Assembly (NCBI GenBank): GCA_031270825.1
Contig: JAISXH010000011.1
Location: 12,231 to 76,230 of the forward strand
Length of the DNA: 64,000 nucleotides
Direction: 5' to 3'
Source: Bifidobacteriaceae bacterium
GTDB taxonomy: Bacteria > Actinomycetota > Actinomycetes > Actinomycetales > WQXJ01
Position 1 is the stretch's first letter, and each line of letters begins with the position of its first letter. Below, in pieces: positions 1 through 8,529 of the stretch. The notes under the pieces are model-generated. The model did not search any database and had not been told where the DNA came from. It was given only the letters and a program-made list of their open reading frames with translations. Position numbers and translations under genes: made by a program.

Positions 1-1085
1 CCGCCCAGTTCACCCACCGCCTTCGCTCCAAGTTGCTGTCGGTTCGCCTAGACGGGCACCAGCGGCGTTACGAGGCCTGGCGGCGGCGCCAGCCTTGGCG
101 GCGAGAACTGGCCAACGTGGCCGATCTGGACGGGGTCTTCGTCCCCTGGATGATCAAGCTGGAACCGGACTTGCTGCATCTGCATGATGTGCATTTGCTC
201 GAAGCCGGCATCCAGGCCAAGCGGCGCCTGGCGGCCCAGGGCAAGGCGGTCAAAGTGGTCTACGACGCTCATGAATACGTGGCCGGCATGCATGGCGGCA
301 ATCCCTTCTGGGAGGCCGCCTACACCGCCATGGAAAGGGAATTCGCCGCCCAGGCCGACGCCTTCGTGACCGTGTCGGAGCCGATCGCCGACCTGTTGCC
401 CCAGGACCTGGGCCTGGCGACCCGTCCCACCGTGGTCTTGAACACTCCGCTGCTCGGCGCCGGCCAGGGCCAAGCAGACGGACCCGACTTGCGGTCAGTC
501 TTGGGCTTGAGCCCGCAGACCGCGCTGGGTGTGTACGCCGGGGTGTTGCATGCCAACCGTAATCTGAGACCGTTGATTGAGTCAGTGGCGTTGGTTCCCG
601 ATCTGCACCTGGCTTTGGTGTGCGTTCCGAACGCCCACTACTGGGCGGCCGAAGCCCTCCGGCGCCATGCCGCCGACCTGGGTCTTGACGACCGCGTCCA
701 CTTGGTCGAGCCGGTGGCGCCGGAACAGGTGGTGCGGTTCTTGTCGAGCGCGACCTTTGGCGTCCACCCGATGGCCCAGGGCCTGCCCAATCATGAGATG
801 GCGCTGCCGAACAAGCTGTTCGATTACATCTGGGCCGGCCTGCCGGTGGCGGTCAGCCGCGTCAAGGCGATGGCAGAGCTGGTCGAGGAAGCGGGGATCG
901 GCTTCGCCTTCGACCCGGACGACCCGGCCTCGATCGCCCAGGCGATCAGCCAGGTGCTGGACCACCGCAAGGAGCTGGCCGCGGCGGCCCGCGCGCCCGA
1001 ACTCAAAGAACGCTTCGCCTGGGAGGGCCAGGCGGCGAAGCTGGGTCGGCTTTACGATCAGTTGGCTCCCTTGGCGGCCCCGTGA
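1..1085 (+). CDS. Glycosyltransferase, GT-B fold family 4/1 (5' end upstream of window)
   Basis: ORF 33..1085. The frame stays open back to base 3, so the N-terminus lies outside the window. C-terminal GT1/GT4-type motif HEMALPNKLFDYIWAGLPVAVS. Stop overlaps the next start (GTGA at 1082-1085). Confidence 0.75.
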   Translation, partial: AQFTHRLRSKLLSVRLDGHQRRYEAWRRRQPWRRELANVADLDGVFVPWMIKLEPDLLHLHDVHLLEAGIQAKRRLAAQGKAVKVVYDAHEYVAGMHGGNPFWEAAYTAMEREFAAQADAFVTVSEPIADLLPQDLGLATRPTVVLNTPLLGAGQGQADGPDLRSVLGLSPQTALGVYAGVLHANRNLRPLIESVALVPDLHLALVCVPNAHYWAAEALRRHAADLGLDDRVHLVEPVAPEQVVRFLSSATFGVHPMAQGLPNHEMALPNKLFDYIWAGLPVAVSRVKAMAELVEEAGIGFAFDPDDPASIAQAISQVLDHRKELAAAARAPELKERFAWEGQAAKLGRLYDQLAPLAAP

Positions 1086-2863
1086 CCGCATCCGCCCAAG
1101 CGGTCGTCACGACTCCCTGGTATCCCACGCAGGCCAAGCCCTACGCGGGCAGTTTTGTCCGCGACTGGGTGCGGGCGCTGGCCTGGGCGCCGGAAGACTT
1201 GACGGTGGTCCATCTCGAGATGGTGGCGCCGAATGACAGCCGCTCGGCCTCCCGGCGGCCAACTCCTGAGGGCGACGTGGTCTGGATCCCGGTCAAAGTG
1301 GGCCACTCGCTGCCCCGGGCCGAGGCCGCACGGGCCCAGGCCGAGGCCATGACCGGTGCGGCCAGGGACGCCGTGGAGGCGGCAGAGGTGGTGTTCGCCC
1401 ACGTCGGGCTGCCGACGGGATTCGCCGCCGCGCAGGCCGTCCGGCCCGGGCAGCGGCTGGTCTTGGTGGAGCACGCCTCCTACCTGCCGCAGGTGTTGGG
1501 CCAGGCCGCGTCGCGGGCGCTGTACGGCCAGGTGGTGTCCGTGTCCGATGTCGTGTTCACGGCCGGGGAGCACGCCGCCAGCCGGATTCGGCGCACCTTC
1601 CCGGCCGACCGGGCCAAGATCTGGGCCGTCGGCAACCCGGTGGACCCGGCCGATTTCACTTTCCTGGAGCGGTCCGGCGACGCTCCTGTCGACCGTTGGC
1701 TGTATGTCGGCAATCTCGACGCCGCCAAAGGCGTTTTCGCGGTGGTGGCCGGCTTCGCCGCCTATGTCGCGCGGCGTCGCCGGGACGGCTTGCGCTTGGC
1801 GTTGGCGGGTCAAGGGGCGGCCCGTCCCCAGCTGGAGGCTCTGGCCAAGCGGCTGGGGGTGGCGGATCGGGTCGACTTCTTGGGCGCCTTGGACCGGACC
1901 GGGGTTGGCGGCGCCATGGCGGCGGCTGATCTACAGCTTCACCTCTCACCGGCTGAGACCTTCGGTCTGGCCCCGATCGAAGGGCTGCTCAGCGGCTTGC
2001 CGCTGGTGGTGGCGAGCAACCATGGCACGCTCCAGACCATGGGTCCGGCGGTGGCGGCGGGGCGCGCCTGGCTGATCGATCCGCCGTTGGCGCCGGTCCG
2101 GCCCCGCCGGCTGACCGAACAGACCAGGAACGAATCGATCGCGCCGGCTTTGGCGATCGGCGAGGCCGTGGCGGACGCAGTCGCCGGTCTGGAATCCGCG
2201 CTGCGCCAGGGCGCGCCCGGGGCGGCCCGGGAGGTTCGCGATCAGATCGCCCGGCGTTACGGGCCGGCCGGATTCGGTGCCATGCAGCGGCGTGTGGCCG
2301 CCGGGCAGGCGCCATTTGCGGAGGCCGTCCCGCAGACGAACCCGCAGACGAACTCGCAGACGAACCCGCAGACGAACCCGCTGGTGGCGGTGGCGCTGAC
2401 AGAGAATGGCTGGGACGAGCTGTCCGGGCTGGCCGGCCAGGCCTTGTTCGACGGTCGTTCGGTCACGGTCGTGGTGGCGAGCCGGTCGCTGGCGGAAGGA
2501 CTCGACGCCCGGATCGAAGTGGCCTTGCGGCCAGACCCGGCGCCGTGGGCGGCGCCTCTGAGCCGGTTCCTGGGCCGAGCGGCGGTGGCCCCGCTGAAGA
2601 TTTGGTCGCTCTTGAGGCGGCGGATCGGCCGGCAGGCGGGACGCGCCGGCGGGGATTGGCCGCCGCCGCTGGTCGAGCGCGCCCTGGGTGCGGCGCTGCG
2701 CCGCCGCCGGGGCCTCGAAGCCGCCATTCGGCGCCAGACCACGCCCTGGCGCCGGGCCCGGCGTTTCGCTAGAGCTGTGCAAACGGTCCTGGCCGAGCGC
2801 CGGCCCACTCCCGAAGTCAGACGGCCGCCCTCAGAAGGCTGCTTGGCGGTGGACCTGCTGTGA
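1082..2863 (+). CDS. Glycosyltransferase family 4/1 with ~170-aa non-GT C-terminal extension
   Basis: N-terminal ~400 aa look GT-B (LHLSPAETFGLAPIEGLLSGLPLVVASNHG). This is followed by a (PQTN)x4 repeat and an Arg-rich tail. GTG start is coupled to the upstream stop. Confidence 0.7.
   Translation: MTASAQAVVTTPWYPTQAKPYAGSFVRDWVRALAWAPEDLTVVHLEMVAPNDSRSASRRPTPEGDVVWIPVKVGHSLPRAEAARAQAEAMTGAARDAVEAAEVVFAHVGLPTGFAAAQAVRPGQRLVLVEHASYLPQVLGQAASRALYGQVVSVSDVVFTAGEHAASRIRRTFPADRAKIWAVGNPVDPADFTFLERSGDAPVDRWLYVGNLDAAKGVFAVVAGFAAYVARRRRDGLRLALAGQGAARPQLEALAKRLGVADRVDFLGALDRTGVGGAMAAADLQLHLSPAETFGLAPIEGLLSGLPLVVASNHGTLQTMGPAVAAGRAWLIDPPLAPVRPRRLTEQTRNESIAPALAIGEAVADAVAGLESALRQGAPGAAREVRDQIARRYGPAGFGAMQRRVAAGQAPFAEAVPQTNPQTNSQTNPQTNPLVAVALTENGWDELSGLAGQALFDGRSVTVVVASRSLAEGLDARIEVALRPDPAPWAAPLSRFLGRAAVAPLKIWSLLRRRIGRQAGRAGGDWPPPLVERALGAALRRRRGLEAAIRRQTTPWRRARRFARAVQTVLAERRPTPEVRRPPSEGCLAVDLL
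2330..2377 (+). repeat. 12-bp tandem repeat x4 (ccgcagacgaac), in frame, encodes PQTN PQTN SQTN PQTN
   Basis: Read directly: units at 2330-2341, 2342-2353, 2354-2365 (one substitution) and 2366-2377. Confidence 0.9.
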
Positions 2864-2873
2864 GTTGACACCG

Positions 2874-4556
2874 ATGACACGGACGAGTGTGGATGACACA
2901 AGGCACCCGTGGCGGTTGATGGCGGCCTGGGCCAACCGGGCGCGCAGCCCGTTCGCGCTGGTGCTCGGCTTCGGCGCCGCAGCCGCCAGTGTGATCGGCG
3001 TGGGCATCACCGCCCATGGGTCGCTCCGCTGGACGTCGATTTGGCTTTACTTGCTGATTGTGGCGGTGACGCCGGCCTTCGCTGTGCTCTTCGCCCTGCT
3101 CCGGTGGCTGGTGGAGCGACCCAGGCGACGCCCACAACCGGTCTGGCGCAACCGCCCCCGGTCCTTCTTCTTCGATTGGGTTGTCATTTGGGCGGCCTGG
3201 GTTCCGGTTTGGCTCTCTGGCTGGCCGGGATTCTGGTGCTATGACGCCCGAATCGCCTATCAGTCGGCCCGAGAAGGTGTCATTGACACCGCCCTGCCCC
3301 CGCTGCACACATTCTTGGCCACCGGCGTCGAAGCCCAGGTCGCCGCCTGGACCGGTCATCACAACTATGGGATCGCCGCTTGGACTTTGCTGCAATCGCT
3401 GGTGGTGGCGGGTGTGTTCGCCTTCACCTTGCGCCGGTTGCGCGCTTGGCGGGCGCCGCGCGTTGTGCGGTGGGGCTCTCTGGCCTATTTCGCCCTCTTC
3501 CCGACCATCGCCCTGTTCTCGCTCAATTGGGCGCGCAACACCTTGTATTCAGCGTTGGTCCTGGCTCTGGCGGTGTGCGTGGTCGATGCCGTCAAAGACC
3601 CGCGCCGTCGGCGTTGGTGGCTGATCGGGCTGTTGGCCTTGGCGGCCGTCACCATGCGGCGGGATGCGATCTACGTGTTCGCCGTCATCGCGGTGGTGGT
3701 GGCGCTGGCGAGGCAGCCCGCCAGGAAGGCGTTGGCCATCTGTTTCGGCGGCGCCGCGATTGTGGGCGCCCTGATCGACCCGGTTGTCTACCGGGGACTT
3801 CTCGATCTGGCCCCGGGCAGCCAGAGGGTGGCCTATTCGCTGCCGTTGCAGCAACTGGCCCGGGTCTACAACGACACCGCGGACCCCATGACGCCAGACC
3901 AGCGCCGCCTCCTGGAATGGTATGTGTCGACCGAGGCGTTGGAGGCCTACCGGCCGCAACTAGCCGATCCCGTCTTTGTGGGCGCCAGCGACCGCCGCCT
4001 GGAGAGCGGCTCCAAGGGCCTGATCCGGCTCTGGGCCAGGGTCGGATTGGAACATCCCCGGGCCTACGCGGACGCGCTGGCGGCGGCCACGGTGCAAGGC
4101 TGGCTGCCGGGCGCCGTGATCGACGCCTATTCGACGGCTGGGCCGGCAGGGCTCTACCCAACGACCGGAACCAGCTATTTCTGCTACGCCACCGAGAGGC
4201 CTGGAACGGCCACTCCTAAGGGTCCAGCCTTCCTGCACCGGGCCTACGCGGCCTTTTCGCATGAATCGCGGGTTCCTTTTGAGACGCCGATTGTGGCTTG
4301 GCTGTGGTCGCCGGGCACCTATCTGTGGGTCTTCGTCTTCGCCTTTGGGCTCAGCTGGGCCTGGAACCGCCGTGGCCGGCAGACCGCCTTCTGGCCGGTC
4401 GGGATGCTGGTGCTGGCCACCTGCGTTCCAATCTTCGCCGGCCCGGCGATGCTGGTGCGCTACTTCTTGGCCCTGTTCTATTGCCTGCCGCTGGTGGCGG
4501 CGTTCCTGATCGATCCGCGGGTCTACGCGCTCCCGACGGGCGCCGCCGGACGGTAG
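2874..4556 (+). CDS. Polytopic integral membrane protein, possibly GT-C-type glycosyltransferase/polymerase
   Basis: ORF 2688..4556 trimmed to ATG 2874, the first start after the upstream stop at 2863. About a dozen W/F/L-rich hydrophobic segments. Sits directly after two GT genes. Confidence 0.6.
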   Translation: MTRTSVDDTRHPWRLMAAWANRARSPFALVLGFGAAAASVIGVGITAHGSLRWTSIWLYLLIVAVTPAFAVLFALLRWLVERPRRRPQPVWRNRPRSFFFDWVVIWAAWVPVWLSGWPGFWCYDARIAYQSAREGVIDTALPPLHTFLATGVEAQVAAWTGHHNYGIAAWTLLQSLVVAGVFAFTLRRLRAWRAPRVVRWGSLAYFALFPTIALFSLNWARNTLYSALVLALAVCVVDAVKDPRRRRWWLIGLLALAAVTMRRDAIYVFAVIAVVVALARQPARKALAICFGGAAIVGALIDPVVYRGLLDLAPGSQRVAYSLPLQQLARVYNDTADPMTPDQRRLLEWYVSTEALEAYRPQLADPVFVGASDRRLESGSKGLIRLWARVGLEHPRAYADALAAATVQGWLPGAVIDAYSTAGPAGLYPTTGTSYFCYATERPGTATPKGPAFLHRAYAAFSHESRVPFETPIVAWLWSPGTYLWVFVFAFGLSWAWNRRGRQTAFWPVGMLVLATCVPIFAGPAMLVRYFLALFYCLPLVAAFLIDPRVYALPTGAAGR

Positions 4557-5590
4557 CGAGAGCTGCCCGAGTCCTCGTCTTGGACCAAACGGCCCGCTTT
4601 GACCATGGCGCCCACCCGGCGGGCCACCAAACGTTTGGGCGTCGGCGAAAGGATGGACTCGGCATCGTGCAAGGAAAACGAACCATAGTGATCGGCGAAA
4701 GCCAACAAGGCGGCCTCGTCGCGACGCATCGCCGGCCAGGCTTGGGCGAATTCGTCACCGATCTCCAAACTGGCGAACAGAGCCGTCAGCCGGTCGACCT
4801 CGTTGGCCAGGCCGCGCAGGTAGAAAGACAGCCAGGTGTTGCGCGAATTGTGGGAGCGTTCCAGGTAGGAGGCGCCGTTGTCCAAGGCCGCGTAATAGGC
4901 CGACCGGTTGCCCAGGTAGAACGAGCCCAGGGCTAGGCCGTCCTGGAGCGAATAGCCGTGCTGGCCGAGCACGATCCGCGCGGTCAGGCGGGCGATCTGC
5001 CCGGTCGAGAGGTTGAAGGGCCGGATCGAGGCGAGTTCTTGATGGGCGATCCCGGCGGCGATGATCGGGTGGGGATCGCTGCCCGCTGTGGCCAGCCAAC
5101 GCAGCAGCGCCTCCAAGCGGGCTTCGATCACGGCGGCGGGAGGCGCCTTGTACCGGCCCCAGTCCGAGCCGGCGAACTGGTCGCCGATCAGCGCCGGGCC
5201 GGGCCGAAATGTGCCCAGGAGAACATCTGGCACCAGCCCTTGGGCGAAGATGCGGTGCATCTCGACGAGGTCCGCCATGGCGAGCGGAGAGGGGTCCTGT
5301 TGGCGCGCCAAACCCCAACGCATACCCGCGCGGGCATTGTGCACCTCGGTGACCGCGCGGGTGGCCGCGTGGACCTCTTCGCCGGCCAGGATGTCCTCAA
5401 TTTGGGACTGGGTCAGGGAGGTGTCGGACAGGCCGGCCGAGGCGACGGCCATGTCGATCTCGGTTTGGCGGTGCAACGACTCGGCTTGTTCGGAGGTCAG
5501 GCGGGCCGCGTCGATGCGACCGCGGGCCCGCTCGATCAGGGAAATGGTCGCGACCAGCTTCGGAGTCAGGGAATAGAACGGGTCGAACAT
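4523..5590 (-). CDS. Fic/DOC-fold protein with degenerate active-site motif and C-terminal wHTH-like region
   Basis: Fic_N-like N-terminus and Fic core layout. The position of HPFx(D/E)GNGRxxR reads RPFNLSTGQIAR (4988-5023). 3' end overlaps the convergent membrane-protein gene by 34 nt. Confidence 0.7.
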   Translation of the reverse strand: MFDPFYSLTPKLVATISLIERARGRIDAARLTSEQAESLHRQTEIDMAVASAGLSDTSLTQSQIEDILAGEEVHAATRAVTEVHNARAGMRWGLARQQDPSPLAMADLVEMHRIFAQGLVPDVLLGTFRPGPALIGDQFAGSDWGRYKAPPAAVIEARLEALLRWLATAGSDPHPIIAAGIAHQELASIRPFNLSTGQIARLTARIVLGQHGYSLQDGLALGSFYLGNRSAYYAALDNGASYLERSHNSRNTWLSFYLRGLANEVDRLTALFASLEIGDEFAQAWPAMRRDEAALLAFADHYGSFSLHDAESILSPTPKRLVARRVGAMVKAGRLVQDEDSGSSRYRPAAPVGSA

Positions 5591-5647
5591 GCCTACCAGG
5601 CTAGAACCAGCCGGCCCGCCAGGGAAAGGCCATGGCCGGCAATGCGT

Positions 5648-6463
5648 TCAGGATTCGAAAGAATGGGCTGAGTCGGGAAAGGACGTGTCCCGGACAGCCC
5701 GCGCGTAGGCGGCGGCGGCATCCCGCAGAGCCGCTCCGACCTCGCCAAACCGTTTGACGAAACTCGGTTGCCACTCGCCCATCCCGGCCATGTCGGTCCA
5801 GACCAAGACCTGGCCGTCGGTGACGGCCCCGGCGCCGATCCCGATGGTGGGGATCTCCAGGGCGGCGGTGACCTGGGCGGCCAGCGGAACAGGCATCATT
5901 TCCAGGACCACCGCGAAGGCGCCCGCATCCTGGACCGCCTGGGCGTCCACGACCAGACGCCGGGCCGAGGCGGCGTCGCGGCCTTGAACCCGATTGCCGC
6001 CCAGCGCGTGAACGGACTGGGGGGTGAACCCCAGGTGGGCCATGACTGGGATCCCGGCGCCCGAAAGCAGGGCGATCTGGGCCGCCACGCGCGCCCCGCC
6101 CTCAAGTTTGACCGCCTCGGCGCCGACCTTCATCAGGGCCGCCGCCGAATCAAAGCAACGCTCCGGGGAGGCCTCATAGGTTCCGAACGGCAAGTCGGCC
6201 ACCACCAGCGCCCGGGTCGCGCCCGCCGCGACGGCTCGGGTCGCGCGCACGCAATCGTCCAGGGAGACCGGCAGGGTGGTTTCATAGGCCAACACCGCGT
6301 TGCCCATCGAATCGCCGACCAGGAGCAGGTCGATCCCGGCGGCGTCGAAAATGGCCGCTGTCGGCCGGTCATAAGCGGTCAGCATGGTGATCTTCTCGCC
6401 CGCCCGCTTGGCTTGGCCCAAGTGGTGGAGTCGGATCTTCTTGACGTCTTGGAGTCCAGTCAT
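5648..6463 (-). CDS. panB: 3-methyl-2-oxobutanoate hydroxymethyltransferase
   Basis: 271 aa with motifs KITMLTAYD, LLVGDSMGN, VKLEGG. Confidence 0.95.
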   Translation of the reverse strand: MTGLQDVKKIRLHHLGQAKRAGEKITMLTAYDRPTAAIFDAAGIDLLLVGDSMGNAVLAYETTLPVSLDDCVRATRAVAAGATRALVVADLPFGTYEASPERCFDSAAALMKVGAEAVKLEGGARVAAQIALLSGAGIPVMAHLGFTPQSVHALGGNRVQGRDAASARRLVVDAQAVQDAGAFAVVLEMMPVPLAAQVTAALEIPTIGIGAGAVTDGQVLVWTDMAGMGEWQPSFVKRFGEVGAALRDAAAAYARAVRDTSFPDSAHSFES

Positions 6464-6466
6464 TGG

Positions 6467-7069
6467 CTAAGCCCTTCCCTCGATTACCTGTTCGGCCGGC
6501 GCCCCGGCCGTCCACAACATCAGGCCCTCGTGACCGGCTGCGGGCTGGGCGATCAGACGCCCCGACGGGTCGGCGGCATAAGCCAGACCGTCCGCCAAGA
6601 CCAGGATGGCGTCGACCGCTCCGGCCGCCTCCGGGTTTCGCGCCTGGCCAACCGCCACGGCGAAGCGATGGCCGTGGGCCGCGAAGACGGCGCCGGACAG
6701 GGGGCCGGACAGGGGGCCGGCCGCCGTGGTCGCCAACGCCACCTTGCCTTTGTGCAGGACCACAGCGGCGTTGGTCGCCCGGTCCTGCCGACCGGTGCCG
6801 GTTGTGCCCACCACCACGTGGCGCCCGCCCAGGCCCCGGTGGTCGAGGACTTGGGCCAAGCGGGTCAGGGCCTGGTCGGCGCCACGGCGCAAGTCATCGC
6901 CGGCGGCCGGATCGTCCGGCCCGATCCCGGTCAGCATCAACTCCGGAAAGACGGTCACCGCCGCGCCCAGCCGATCGGCGCGCTGGGCGTATTCAAGGAT
7001 CTTGGCGGCGTTGGCCGCCAACTCGCCCGGCCCGGGCCGGGCTCTGATCAGAGCGACCGTGGCTGTCAC
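6467..7069 (-). CDS. Carbon-nitrogen hydrolase-like protein (short, lacks catalytic Cys)
   Basis: N-terminus resembles the CN-hydrolase domain of glutamine-dependent NAD synthetases (GELAANAAKILEYAQRADRLGAAVTVFPELMLTG; VLHKGKV). Only 200 aa, and no Cys anywhere. GTG start; 3 nt gap upstream of panB. Confidence 0.5.
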   Translation of the reverse strand: MTATVALIRARPGPGELAANAAKILEYAQRADRLGAAVTVFPELMLTGIGPDDPAAGDDLRRGADQALTRLAQVLDHRGLGGRHVVVGTTGTGRQDRATNAAVVLHKGKVALATTAAGPLSGPLSGAVFAAHGHRFAVAVGQARNPEAAGAVDAILVLADGLAYAADPSGRLIAQPAAGHEGLMLWTAGAPAEQVIEGRA

Positions 7070-7188
7070 CAGATCAGCCTACCTTTTCCGTCTTTGGAAG
7101 CCGTCGGCGTGCCAGGTAACGTCCGCGACACACGGCCGTGGCAAACTGGCAATGTTGGATTCCGCCTAGACCAAGCAAAGGAACCTGA

Positions 7189-8529
7189 ATGGACAGGCAG
7201 CAGGAATACGTTCTCAGAGCCATGGAGGAACGGGACATCAGCTTCATCCGTCTCTGGTTCACGGATGTGCTGGGAATCCTCAAGTCTGTCGCGATCGCTC
7301 CGGCCGAACTGGAGGGCGCGTTCGCGGAGGGGATCGGTTTTGACGGCTCAGCGATTGAGGGCTTCACCCGCGTCTACGAGGCGGACATGGTCGCCATGCC
7401 GGACCCGACCACCTTCCAATTGCTGCCTTGGCATGGCGACAGGCACGGCACTGCGCGGATGTTCTGCGACATTCTGACGCCGGCTGGCGATCCCTCGCCG
7501 GCCGACCCGCGCTACGTCTTGAAGCGCGCCTTGAAGCGGGCCTCCGACATGGGGTTCAGCTTCTACACCCATCCGGAGATCGAGTTCTATCTGTTCAAAT
7601 CCGGAACCGGGCGGTCGACCAACCCGTTGGTGCCGCTCGATTCGGGCGGTTATTTCGACCACACCGCCCGTGGCACCACCAACGATTTCAGGCGCGTCGC
7701 CATCGAAATGCTGGAGGCCATGGGCATCTCGGTCGAGTTCTCCCACCACGAAGCCGGTCCCGGCCAAAACGAGATCGACTTGCGCTATGCCGACGCCTTG
7801 ACCATGGCGGACAACATCATGACCTTCCGCTCGGTGGTCAAAGAGGCGGCGCTGTCCGAGGGCGTCTTCGCCTCCTTCATGCCCAAGCCGATGGCGCGCT
7901 TCCCCGGCAGTGGCATGCACACCCACTTCTCCTTGTTCGAAGGCGACCGCAACGCTTTCTTCGACGCCGACGCGGAGTACGAGCTGTCGAAGACCGCCCG
8001 CGGTTTCATGGCCGGGGTGCTCCACTATTCGCGCGACATCTGCCTGGTCACGAACCAGTTCGTCAACTCCTACAAGCGGCTGTGGGGTGGCGCGGAGGCC
8101 CCCAACTATGTTTGTTGGGGCCACAACAACCGGTCGGCTTTGCTCCGCGTCCCCATGTACAAGCCCGGCAAGCCGCAAACCGCCCGGGTCGAGTTCCGGG
8201 GCATGGATTCGGCCGTCAACCCGTACCTGGCCTTCGCCGCGATCCTCAGCGCGGGCCTGAAAGGGATCGAGGAAGACTTGCCTTTGCCGGCCGAGGCTGA
8301 AGACGACGTTTGGGCGTTGACCGATGCCGAACGGCGGGCTTTGGGCATCCAGCCGCTGCCGCGCTCGCTGGACGAGGCGGTCCTGATCATGTCTGAATCC
8401 GAACTGGCCGCTGAGACCCTGGGCGAGCACGTCTTCGAATTCGTGCTCCGCAATAAACGCCAGGAATGGAACGAGTACCGGGCGCAGGTCACGGCCTACG
8501 AGCTGGAACGCTTCCTGCCGATCTTGTGA
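7189..8529 (+). CDS. glnA2: Glutamine synthetase, GlnA2-type (446 aa)
   Basis: GS N- and C-domain motifs (IRLWFTDVLG, FSHHEAGPGQNEIDL, NSYKRL). AAAGGAA lies upstream of the ATG. Confidence 0.93.
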   Translation: MDRQQEYVLRAMEERDISFIRLWFTDVLGILKSVAIAPAELEGAFAEGIGFDGSAIEGFTRVYEADMVAMPDPTTFQLLPWHGDRHGTARMFCDILTPAGDPSPADPRYVLKRALKRASDMGFSFYTHPEIEFYLFKSGTGRSTNPLVPLDSGGYFDHTARGTTNDFRRVAIEMLEAMGISVEFSHHEAGPGQNEIDLRYADALTMADNIMTFRSVVKEAALSEGVFASFMPKPMARFPGSGMHTHFSLFEGDRNAFFDADAEYELSKTARGFMAGVLHYSRDICLVTNQFVNSYKRLWGGAEAPNYVCWGHNNRSALLRVPMYKPGKPQTARVEFRGMDSAVNPYLAFAAILSAGLKGIEEDLPLPAEAEDDVWALTDAERRALGIQPLPRSLDEAVLIMSESELAAETLGEHVFEFVLRNKRQEWNEYRAQVTAYELERFLPIL

